Assembly: GCA_051382295.1 (NCBI GenBank)
Contig: JBBCAW010000002.1
Location: forward strand, 1-64,000
Source of the DNA: Bdellovibrionota bacterium FG-1
Lineage (GTDB): Bacteria; Bdellovibrionota; UBA1018
Length of the DNA stretch: 64,000 nucleotides
Reading direction: 5' to 3'
Positions 38,826 to 46,599 of the stretch are shown here, one piece after another. The notes beneath the pieces are model-generated. The model was not told where the DNA came from, ran no database searches, and was given only the letters and a program-made list of their open reading frames with translations. The translations under genes and the position numbers were made by a program. Position 1 is the first letter of the stretch. Every line of letters starts with the position of its first letter.

Positions 38826-39661
38826 TAGATTTCAAGCCCCCCGTGGGGTGCTTGACTGGTCGAAGCGGGCCCAGATCGGGGCGTGTTATTGGGGTCTTGG
38901 GCAGTCCCATCGTTGGGACATTTGTTTCCGTCAAAAATACCCTGGGGAATGATTCCATTCAAAAAATGATTCGCATCTCTGCCCTGGTGGGACTGGCACT
39001 GCGCGATTCTTTCGTAAAAACCCAGGCCATAACAACCGAGGTAGCGGATATGGTGTGCTTGGAGCATGGGGCAATAGCCACCGCCATCATCTCCTCGTTC
39101 GGCCCTACAGATATGGCGGGCGTCGTTTCGGCCGAGGGTGAATTCTTCTTGGCAGAGCACCTCTTGCGGGGAAATGGACTGGTGGGGGCCATCGCGATCG
39201 GTCATTTCGTATAATCTTTTGGCCAATACACCAATGGCCGTGCGGACTCCGCTGATACAGCACTGTTGCTCGGCGGAGTCGGATTTAAAATTCTGACAAA
39301 CCCGGCGCTCTGGGAGCTGTACCGATCTGCGATCAGGAGGAGGGTAATTGATGGGCGTGGTGAAATAAAATCGTTGCCCTGCGAGTCCTTGTTTGAAGCC
39401 TTGGTTGAAAGGAGACTGGTCTTTAGGGCCGCCACTGCACCCGGATTCTTTAGCGGGATTGGGGGGGGCGATTTGTGAAGCGAAAGGAAGTGCATAGAGG
39501 GGGGCGTCGTCTGAGAATTGCCCTTGCGACTCGGCCGCTGTGAGGTGGCTGAGTTCATCTTCGGTAGTGATGGCTGTATCAACGGCCGATGCGGGGCAAG
39601 AAGAGAATGCCCAGGTGAGTCCTAGGATGGCTAAGGTGAACAGATGATTGGAAGAGGCCAT
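38825..39661 (-). CDS. Secreted Cys-rich hypothetical protein
   Basis: Signal peptide after ATG 39661; about 10 Cys; stop overlaps the next start (TAATG). Confidence 0.75.
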   Translation of the reverse strand: MASSNHLFTLAILGLTWAFSSCPASAVDTAITTEDELSHLTAAESQGQFSDDAPLYALPFASQIAPPNPAKESGCSGGPKDQSPFNQGFKQGLAGQRFYFTTPINYPPPDRRSVQLPERRVCQNFKSDSAEQQCCISGVRTAIGVLAKRLYEMTDRDGPHQSISPQEVLCQEEFTLGRNDARHICRAERGDDGGGYCPMLQAHHIRYLGCYGLGFYERIAQCQSHQGRDANHFLNGIIPQGIFDGNKCPNDGTAQDPNNTPRSGPASTSQAPHGGLEI

Positions 39662-39738
39662 GATGGCAAAGATCCCCCTGTTATTTATGATACGGGGGAT
39701 TGTATTATTTGTCAAGTATTTGAAATCATTGAATAAGT

Positions 39739-40539
39739 TTAACCAGAAACGCAATACTTCTCGTGATCACAGTGCTTGATTACCGCGGTCTCAACGCAGG
39801 TGGGATCATCGGGGGAGCAAAGGGTGCACTGATCTCCGGCGTTCTTGCCGGCGCAGGGCTCGTCATTTCCAGGTAGGACGTAGTATTTAGTGACCAAAGT
39901 GTCGAGCACATTGTAGAGCGCGCGGGCCTCAGGCAGTTTGCCGTTATAACAGGTCCTCTCGCTTTGCGTATCGACATCATAGATGGTCAGAGTGGACCCA
40001 TCTGTAAAACGCATTTTAATGGCGACGCTCGACATCCCTGGGCGTGAGTCGGTGTGAAAGCAGGTCAGCCAAGATAAAAAATCTTGATTCGCGACGACAT
40101 CGGCTACGGCTGATAATTGAACGAGCTCGCTGGGCGTAATCCAACCATGGGCATGGGGTGGGGTATTATTTCCCTGGAAATAGTAGCCATCACTTCGGAC
40201 CCAAAAGCCGTCTCGTCCCTTGCAAAGAGGAAAAGGACATTCGGTCGTTTCAGATGCGATATTCCAAGTGATGATCAAAGAAGGCGTCGGAGTGGGACTC
40301 GGGCTAGCGCTCACGCTAGGACTTGGGCTTGGGGTTGGTGGGGTCTCCGACGGTGCTGGGGTGGCTGCAGTGCCTGGTTGCTGGGGTACTGTGGATGTTT
40401 GAGTGACGGTCGGAGCGGGTGGAGGAGGGGTTCCTGGTGAATCACTGCACGAGGCGTTCAGCAACGACCACCCCGCACTGATCATGAGCAAAAAAACAAT
40501 TGCCGGTCGCCTTGTTGATCCAACCCATAGCCTTTTCAT
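39739..40539 (-). CDS. Secreted/lipoprotein with Pro/Thr linker and Cys-rich C-terminal motif
   Basis: NASC; PTPTP linker; PCAGKNAGDQCTLC...CVETAVIKHC. Confidence 0.75.
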   Translation of the reverse strand: MKRLWVGSTRRPAIVFLLMISAGWSLLNASCSDSPGTPPPPAPTVTQTSTVPQQPGTAATPAPSETPPTPSPSPSVSASPSPTPTPSLIITWNIASETTECPFPLCKGRDGFWVRSDGYYFQGNNTPPHAHGWITPSELVQLSAVADVVANQDFLSWLTCFHTDSRPGMSSVAIKMRFTDGSTLTIYDVDTQSERTCYNGKLPEARALYNVLDTLVTKYYVLPGNDEPCAGKNAGDQCTLCSPDDPTCVETAVIKHCDHEKYCVSG

Positions 40540-40551
40540 GGCTATTTTAAG

Positions 40552-40567
40552 TGCAAACGCGGAACCA
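40552..40567 (-). promoter_or_regulatory. Sigma54-like promoter
   Basis: Minus strand TGGTTCCGCGTTTGCA (GG-N10-GC). Confidence 0.55.
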
Positions 40568-40628
40568 AGTTGAAGTGAGGAGGTATTGTCTGGTCATTCG
40601 TTGTATATACTGGTATTGTAATACATGT

Positions 40629-40946
40629 ATGAATGCAGACCTGATTTATTATCGGCGAGTTACGAAGCTGACTACTGATGGACGCGAAATCGACATTCGA
40701 ATGGATCTTTTTCAAATCCCAGCAACAGATGCTGACAAGTATCCGGGAAGCGTCAAGTTTAGCTGGATCGCTTTTGAACGAGAAAACCCTGAACGATACG
40801 TTCTTTTTGATTCACACCCTCCCAAGGGACCGCATTCGCATACTCCCAGCGGTGATGAAATTTTGCTGAGTTGGACAAACGTTGGAGAAATGGAAGATCG
40901 ATTTTTCAAGGCAATTGAGACCCACTTTGGTTCTCTAAAAGGATAG
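40629..40946 (+). CDS. Putative toxin (DUF6516/TumE-like)
   Basis: KYPGSVKFS, VLFDSHPPKGPHSH; paired with a downstream HTH gene. Confidence 0.65.
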   Translation: MNADLIYYRRVTKLTTDGREIDIRMDLFQIPATDADKYPGSVKFSWIAFERENPERYVLFDSHPPKGPHSHTPSGDEILLSWTNVGEMEDRFFKAIETHFGSLKG

Positions 40947-40953
40947 GAGAAGT

Positions 40954-41373
40954 ATGAAAACCTATACATTTCGAGTGAAGCCTCAAACCAGGCAAGCCGT
41001 ACTGAAAGAAATGGAAGCAGTCATCAAGACTGGGATTCCAAACATACAAAAGGACGAGATGTTGTGTGACAGTATGGAGGTGCTTCTCAAGGCCATCAGC
41101 AGCGCTCGAATGGATGCTTGGCAGGTCATTGTGCGCGACAAGCCCGAATCGATTTATGAGCTTTCGCAAATTCTCAAAAAAGACCAGTCCAACGTTTTGC
41201 GAGACGTTCGCGCTCTCGAATCCATGGGACTGATCGAGCTAAAACCACTTAAAGATGGAGAGAGGGAGAAGTTTAGGCCTCAGTCACTCTATGAAAGAGT
41301 CGTTGTCATTGTCGAGCCAGGTGTAGAAGAAACACCCATTCATCCCGAAGTGAAGACTGCGCGTGCTGGCTAA
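40954..41373 (+). CDS. Winged-HTH antitoxin-like regulator (HVO_A0114/TumA-like)
   Basis: KPESIYELSQILKKDQSNVLRDVRALESMGLIEL. Confidence 0.7.
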   Translation: MKTYTFRVKPQTRQAVLKEMEAVIKTGIPNIQKDEMLCDSMEVLLKAISSARMDAWQVIVRDKPESIYELSQILKKDQSNVLRDVRALESMGLIELKPLKDGEREKFRPQSLYERVVVIVEPGVEETPIHPEVKTARAG

Positions 41374-41545
41374 CCGGAGGGATTTGGTCGATAGCGATGT
41401 CAAATAATTACCATATCGCACTGCGTCACGCGATGTCTTTTCCTGTCCATCGCATCGGATAACGGCGAACCCGGAATTAATTCAGGGAAAACATCACAAA
41501 AATTAAGAAAATTAAGAAAAGTTTAAAGTCCCCGAAGAGAAGATT

Positions 41546-41662
41546 ATGAGGAAATCGCCCTCGTGGGTGAGCACGCTCATTGTCTATACGTGTGTCATGA
41601 CCGTAACACCGCAAACGGTGTGGGCAGGTACCTGTAGTGCAATATATATGGCAGTATGGTAA
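41546..41662 (+). pseudogene. Signal-peptide-only stub of a secreted protein gene
   Basis: MRKSPSWVSTLIVYTCVMTVTPQTVWAGTCS, then runs into the antitoxin promoter; weak sigma28-like TTAAG..CCGAAGA upstream. Confidence 0.45.
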
Positions 41663-41683
41663 GCTGGCACTTGTGAGGTTAAT

Positions 41684-41953
41684 ATGAGAAAAACGACGAT
41701 CTATCTTGAGGACGATGAACTTGAACAACTGAAGCAAAGGGCATTCTTAATGAATACGTCGGTGGCCGACTTGATTCGTAAGGTCATTAAGTCGTTGATT
41801 ACGCCAGCCTCATTTAAAGAGAAAAAGGCGCTCAAGGCACTCGCTGAAATTCGCAAAGAGTTTGCGGACGTAAACCCAAAGTCTTTGATGAACGACGTGA
41901 TTGAAGCGCAGCGGGACATTCGCAATGCGAAAAAAACTAAAAATCGTCGTTGA
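41684..41953 (+). CDS. CopG/RHH antitoxin
   Basis: MRKTTIYLEDD...SVADLIRKVI; GAGG RBS; overlaps the PIN gene. Confidence 0.8.
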   Translation: MRKTTIYLEDDELEQLKQRAFLMNTSVADLIRKVIKSLITPASFKEKKALKALAEIRKEFADVNPKSLMNDVIEAQRDIRNAKKTKNRR

Positions 41954-42170
41954 TACCAACGTCATCGTAAGTGGCTTGCTCGTGCCCGGCAGCAGCCCTG
42001 CAAAGATCATTGATGCGTGGATTGCGGGCCGGTCTTTTCAGCCCATGATATCAAGAGATTTGATGACTGAAGTTAACGAGGTTTTGCGCCGTCCCAAGAT
42101 CAAGGCCCGACTGACAAAGAAAAGGATGATCTTTTGCGCCTGGCACAGTCGCAATCTCGTTGTGACTTAA
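41925..42170 (+). pseudogene. Truncated PIN-domain toxin
   Basis: KIVVDTNVIVSGL...EVNEVLRRPK; only 81 aa, with the C-terminal acidic PIN residues missing. Confidence 0.75.
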
Positions 42171-42622
42171 GAAGCCTTTTCAAGCTCCTCGCGCACGATC
42201 TGGCGGACCTGATCGGCAGTCACGACGCCTGAGCCTTTTTCAGCTTCCATCAGGAGCTTGAGCTTGGAATTCATGAGCGTCTGATAAGGAATCCCAGTGC
42301 GCTGGCTTTCAGTGTAGAGCCAGTTGAAAATGTCCAGATCGATGCGGAAAGTCTTGGCGATCTTCGCATTCTTGAACTTGGCTCCGACGGGCTTGCCCTT
42401 CATAATCTTAGCTTTGTGCTCGGCCTTATTAAATCCATTACCATTTGCCAGCATCATATCGACAAAGGCGCTCGATGTGTCGGTGGGACTGAATACGCAG
42501 GGATACACTGTTTTGATTGAATCACTCTCGCTGCAGATTGGATAGCCTGCTGCATGAGCAGCGAACGAGGTCATGAGTGTCGATAGCAAAATAAAGCAGG
42601 GAATAAGCTTTGTCAGTTTCAT
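42167..42622 (-). pseudogene. Chimeric ORF: signal-peptide protein N-terminus fused to a BrnA/CopG-like antitoxin C-terminus
   Basis: MKLTKLIPCFILLSTLMTSFAAHAA followed by KTFRIDLDIFNWL..ESQRTGIPYQTLMNSKL; AAGGA RBS. Confidence 0.6.
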
Positions 42623-42684
42623 ATGAGTATCCTTGTGCGCCGGGATGAACCGGCGGGTTTGTAATTTTTTACTGAACGAGGGTG

Positions 42685-43021
42685 AGGGGATGTCAGAAAT
42701 GCCATGTCTTTCGACCAGGTCTCTGAAAATCAGAACGTTATAGTATTCCTGAAGAATCTGGATTCTGAGGTGTGGCGGCGAAAACAGGACTTCGGGAAAA
42801 CCTCCTATTTGCAAATAGTCTGTCAAAAGAGTGCGAAGCTGCGCCTTGGATGCGGGGGTATGGCCTGGGTGGAGATGGGTGATTTGGGTTGAAACATACT
42901 CTTCAAAACTGAAAGGAAATACTTCCAGGCTAATGGATCGGCCTCGAAGTTCGGTGGCGATTTCGGTGCTGAGGAGTTTTGCGCTGGAACCCGTGATAAA
43001 TACTTGGCGTTTAGGAGTTCG
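42685..43021 (-). pseudogene. Internal fragment of an AAA_14/DUF4143 ATPase
   Basis: VFITGSSAKLLSTEIATELRGRSISLEVFPFSFEEY...YLQIGGFPE...LQEYY...RDLVERH; Walker motifs and C-terminus absent. Confidence 0.8.
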
Positions 43022-43071
43022 ATGTGCGCAGGTCGAATGGTGAGTGTAAGTGATCGCAGTGGCTCTGTGAC

Positions 43072-43902
43072 TTAAAACGCGCCAGCGGTAATAAGGCTAC
43101 AAGTATCGAGGATTGATTTCAGCGTCAGATTTTTTTCATTCAGATGGCGCGTCAGGTAGTTGTCGATTTGTGTTACGCCGGCTCGTGCAGCGGTCCGTCG
43201 TTCCGCAGGGGTTCCGTGATGGCTCGGCTCTTCAGAATTGTTATCGCCAATTGAAAAAGCGGCGTCAAATACGCCATCCAACATTGAATTTCTCAAAATG
43301 AGCGGAAGTGATCGCCCATACGAGAGATTGAGCAAAGCTGCCCCCGTGCAATCGGCAGTCAGCTCGATGCGTTTTTTAGTTTCATCATCGCGAAAGAGAT
43401 TACTTTCCCAGTATTGCATCTGGTGGGCCATCTCATGAAGAAGGACAAAATTGATCATGAGCGATGAGTCGGTTTTTTTTGACATGGACTGAATGGACTG
43501 ATTGATCTGAATCCACGTATTAGGGTCAATCAGGATAAAGCCATTCGAGGAAGAGTGAATATTCGGGCTTTTTTGGCTGACCATCACGACGCAGGTGCGG
43601 TGGGTGCTTGCCCAAAGGTCGCCACGGGCGATAAAAGGATCAATGGCTCGCGCTAAAATCTTTCGATAATTTTCGGTGATTTGATCGACGGTCCAGTTTT
43701 CTAGGCCCTCGAATTTGGCTTTTCCTGGAATGACGGTATCTTCATCGGGCTCTAGATTTTTTTGGATCTCCTCCGGGGGGCAGTTTTCGGAACGATAGGC
43801 ATTGAGAATGCCGACCTCGGTGGGGTCCGCAGTCGCGCTAGCGGTGAGGGGATAAGCCATGCTGAGGAGGCCTACAAAACTCAGGAAGCGAAAAAGATTC
43901 AT
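43072..43902 (-). CDS. Secreted zinc metallopeptidase-like protein
   Basis: Signal peptide; VLLHEMAH, ELTADC, HHGTPAER. Confidence 0.75.
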   Translation of the reverse strand: MNLFRFLSFVGLLSMAYPLTASATADPTEVGILNAYRSENCPPEEIQKNLEPDEDTVIPGKAKFEGLENWTVDQITENYRKILARAIDPFIARGDLWASTHRTCVVMVSQKSPNIHSSSNGFILIDPNTWIQINQSIQSMSKKTDSSLMINFVLLHEMAHQMQYWESNLFRDDETKKRIELTADCTGAALLNLSYGRSLPLILRNSMLDGVFDAAFSIGDNNSEEPSHHGTPAERRTAARAGVTQIDNYLTRHLNEKNLTLKSILDTCSLITAGAF

Positions 43903-44019
43903 AATCCCTCTTTTTTCAGCCCGTTGGAAGGGCGTGGAGGGGTTCTATAAGGAATGTTTCAAAAAAGCAAGCAAAACAACGCTGAGCGTCATTTTAGTTT
44001 TAAGAGCTGAGGGATATGG

Positions 44020-44103
44020 TTAAAGGGAATGGGAGAGGCCCCGCTTCGTTCTGTCGTCCTCAGTGAAAGCGCGATAGGCATTGGAATCGACCGCGAGTCT
44101 CAT
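44020..44103 (-). pseudogene. VapC/PIN toxin stub (27 aa)
   Basis: MRLAVDSNAYRAF; ATGA overlap with the antitoxin stop; out-of-frame PIP remnant. Confidence 0.6.
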
Positions 44104-44294
44104 TTCCAGTCCCTTTTGTCGATTTTGCGTTGCGCGCGAAGTGCCCGGTTGGTTTCAGGGTCTGCGACCCAACTACCGATTAAAAAATCCAAATCGTGGT
44201 ATTTCGGAGGTGGAGCCCCGATACCTGCTTCTTTTTCAAGGGCGCGGTCAACCGCATTGGAGACGTTTCGAATGGTATATTGGCGTGCCTTCAT
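44100..44294 (-). CDS. FitA/VapB-like antitoxin, probably internally deleted
   Basis: QYTIRNV..AVDRAL and YHDLDFLIGSWVAD...QRKID..DWK. Confidence 0.65.
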   Translation of the reverse strand: MKARQYTIRNVSNAVDRALEKEAGIGAPPPKYHDLDFLIGSWVADPETNRALRAQRKIDKRDWK

Positions 44295-44299
44295 AGTGA

Positions 44300-44328
44300 T
44301 GCCTACATGATAGCAGAATATGTAGGCA
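44300..44328. promoter_or_regulatory. Palindromic operator candidate
   Basis: TGCCTACAT-N11-ATGTAGGCA just upstream of the antitoxin start. Confidence 0.6.
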
Positions 44329-44367
44329 GATGTTGAGCGAGTGTAGAATCCATTTGTTTTCGAAGCC

Positions 44368-44727
44368 TTATTGGGCGGTCGTCTCGTACATGCAGATTGA
44401 AAAGCAGCGAAGGCCGTAGTTAGTATTCTCGAATAAGGGTTCCCCTACTACTCTGCCAGAGAATGTGAGGCGGCATTCGTCTTCAGTAGCTTTGAGTGCC
44501 AAAGCATGCCGTTCCTTGCTTACTTGGTCGGAGGTCCAAATCCAGGTATTCGGTTGTGCGGCAACGATAATTTTGTACTTTAGTTCGCCTGTGCGTGTTG
44601 TTGGTAATCGTTCGCCCTGGTCTTGGGAAAATGTGTCCGCATCGAGTTGTTCCATTTTGCGAACTTTACCGTCTTCGTTGCCCGCATGCGCGAGACTCAT
44701 GACAAACAAACTCGCAAACGAAATCAT
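44368..44727 (-). CDS. Small secreted hypothetical protein
   Basis: Signal peptide ending LAHA; starts 2 nt after the upstream stop. Confidence 0.7.
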   Translation of the reverse strand: MISFASLFVMSLAHAGNEDGKVRKMEQLDADTFSQDQGERLPTTRTGELKYKIIVAAQPNTWIWTSDQVSKERHALALKATEDECRLTFSGRVVGEPLFENTNYGLRCFSICMYETTAQ

Positions 44728-44729
44728 TA

Positions 44730-45551
44730 TTACTTTTTCTCAGTTTCTTTTAAAGGTTGACTCACGGGGAAAATTTGAACCGTAAATTGATACACTCGTT
44801 TAGGTGAACCTCGCGCTTCAAGGTCCTGGGCGAGGGTTCGCCTGAATTTTCGAATTTCTTCGCGTGCATAAGGAATTTGGGCCGGATCGATTGCAAAGGT
44901 CATCGACGAAAAATCGCGATTCTCCTCGGGCTCGTTTTCAATCGATTCGATCGCCTTAAGCATCAATTGCTTTTGAAATTTTTTCGTCGCCGCCGTGGGG
45001 ACGTTGTTGCCGATCCGAATTGGGGCGGTGGCCTGTTTCCACCGGCCATCCACCTGGTCGACAATTTCCATGCGCTGCAGCCGTTCCATCGCGGCGGTGG
45101 CCTCGATGTGCGAGATGCCGAGGTGACGGGCGATCCAAGAGGCCTCAAATTGCGCCCCGGGAATTTCAAGAAGGCTTAAAATCGCGTAATGGTACCAGTC
45201 CGAAATGAGCGCAAAGGAGTCCAAGGACATTTGGTAGACACTGGTTTCATTCAGAGGAGAAGACGAAGGGGGAGGGGCGAGTGCCCGGCGGAGGGGCTTC
45301 GTGTTGGCCCAATCCAGTAGGGCAAGGCACTCATCGGAGCGAAGCGAAAGTCGATCCGCAATCCGGTGCGCGGCTTGTCGGGAGAGGGGGCGCTTGCCGC
45401 TCAGAACCAGCGAGAGAATCGTCGGGCTCAGCTCAAGAGCCTTCGCGAAGGCTCGCAGCGAATACCTGGGATTGGCTTTGCAGCGACGCTCGAGTTCGCG
45501 CTGTAAAAGCAATCGGGGATTGAGGGTAGCTCTGGTCTGCTCGGTTTTCAT
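44730..45551 (-). CDS. TIGR02147/DUF4423 family HTH protein
   Basis: NPRYSLRAFAKAL.LSP..LS.VL.GKR; ISDWYHYAIL; VYQFTVQIFP; TTGACA-N17-TATACA promoter at 45561-45589. Confidence 0.88.
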   Translation of the reverse strand: MKTEQTRATLNPRLLLQRELERRCKANPRYSLRAFAKALELSPTILSLVLSGKRPLSRQAAHRIADRLSLRSDECLALLDWANTKPLRRALAPPPSSSPLNETSVYQMSLDSFALISDWYHYAILSLLEIPGAQFEASWIARHLGISHIEATAAMERLQRMEIVDQVDGRWKQATAPIRIGNNVPTAATKKFQKQLMLKAIESIENEPEENRDFSSMTFAIDPAQIPYAREEIRKFRRTLAQDLEARGSPKRVYQFTVQIFPVSQPLKETEKK

Positions 45552-45670
45552 GACTAGGCGTGTATAGCGAAGGGTGCGCGGCGTGTCAATTCTTTTGAAA
45601 ACAAAGTGTTTGCATTGAATTTGAAAACACTCAGATAGAGGAGCTAAATCGAGTGAACATTTTGAATAAA

Positions 45671-45698
45671 TTAAGAAAAATCAAGCGATGGACGATAA
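45671..45698 (+). promoter_or_regulatory. Sigma28-like promoter
   Basis: TTAAG-N15-GACGATAA. Confidence 0.45.
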
Positions 45699-45810
45699 GG
45701 ATCCGTGGGGTTTCGTAACCGCATAGGGACAATTCGCTCGGCCGCTTTCGCAAGCGGGTGGAGTGACGGGGTGGTTGACAGCAGTATTCTGTTCGTGTCA
45801 CTATATACAC

Positions 45811-46041
45811 ATGAAACGTACAAATCTTGTGCTTGATGAGGAGCTTCTTAAGACTGCCACCCAAGTACTGGGGGCTAAGACTTATTCGGCGGCGGTTAAT
45901 CAGGCGCTTGCCGAGGCGATACGGACTGCAAAAATCCGGGGGCTTGCTGAATTTTTTGGCACGGGAGTATGGGAAGGCGAGTTATCAGAAATGCGAGAAG
46001 ATCACCCTGTTTCTCGTTCGCGGCCGCGGCGCAAATCATGA
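45811..46041 (+). CDS. vapB: VapB antitoxin
   Basis: MKRTNLVLDEELL...TYSAAVNQAL...WEGELSEMR. Confidence 0.88.
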   Translation: MKRTNLVLDEELLKTATQVLGAKTYSAAVNQALAEAIRTAKIRGLAEFFGTGVWEGELSEMREDHPVSRSRPRRKS

Positions 46042-46427
46042 TTTTGATCGATACGTCCATTTGGATTGATCTGCTTGGTAAATCGCAACGTCATCAAGTC
46101 TCTGCTGAGCGAATGCTCGAGTTTGCCACCTGTTTCCCTGTGATCCAAGAGGTTTTGCAGGGAATCAAAAATGACTTAGCTTTTCACCGAATTAAGGATG
46201 GGTTGATGGCACTTCCCCGCTTGGGTGATCCTTTGAATGCCGAACTTTTTATTGAGGCCTCTGAAATATTTAGATCGGGGAGACGCCGGGGGCTGACCAT
46301 TCGATCCTCAACTGATTGTTTAATTGCGGCAATAGCGATTCATCATCGTTTACCTGTTTGGCATGCGGATCGCGATTTTAGGGCCATTGCTACCTTTACT
46401 AATCTCAGGGAAATATCAAGCTTATGA
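46038..46427 (+). CDS. vapC: VapC PIN toxin (intact)
   Basis: ILIDTSIWID, QEVLQG, STDCLIAA, HADRDF; ATGA overlap with vapB. Confidence 0.92.
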   Translation: MILIDTSIWIDLLGKSQRHQVSAERMLEFATCFPVIQEVLQGIKNDLAFHRIKDGLMALPRLGDPLNAELFIEASEIFRSGRRRGLTIRSSTDCLIAAIAIHHRLPVWHADRDFRAIATFTNLREISSL

Positions 46428-46567
46428 TCAATGCTCATCGCGGCTTTTATCCGGTTGTCGTCTCGGATTGTGTCTCGTCCATGGACCGAGAGGCGCATGA
46501 ACGGTCGCTCAAAAATCTCGAAAAAATAGTGATCGTCAAAAGTAGGGGTGAAATATTGAATCCTTAG
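46424..46567 (+). pseudogene. C-terminal fragment of an isochorismatase/cysteine hydrolase family protein
   Basis: AHRGFYPVVVSDCVSSMDREAHERSLKNL (47 aa, below the ORF track cutoff). Confidence 0.6.
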
Positions 46568-46599
46568 AGGGAGGAGGATTGGGGTCGGTCGCTGAGATC

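Noticed and set aside
42149..42165. CRP/FNR site
   Set aside because: Arms are in the reverse order with a 7-bp spacer, and the site is at a gene end, not a promoter
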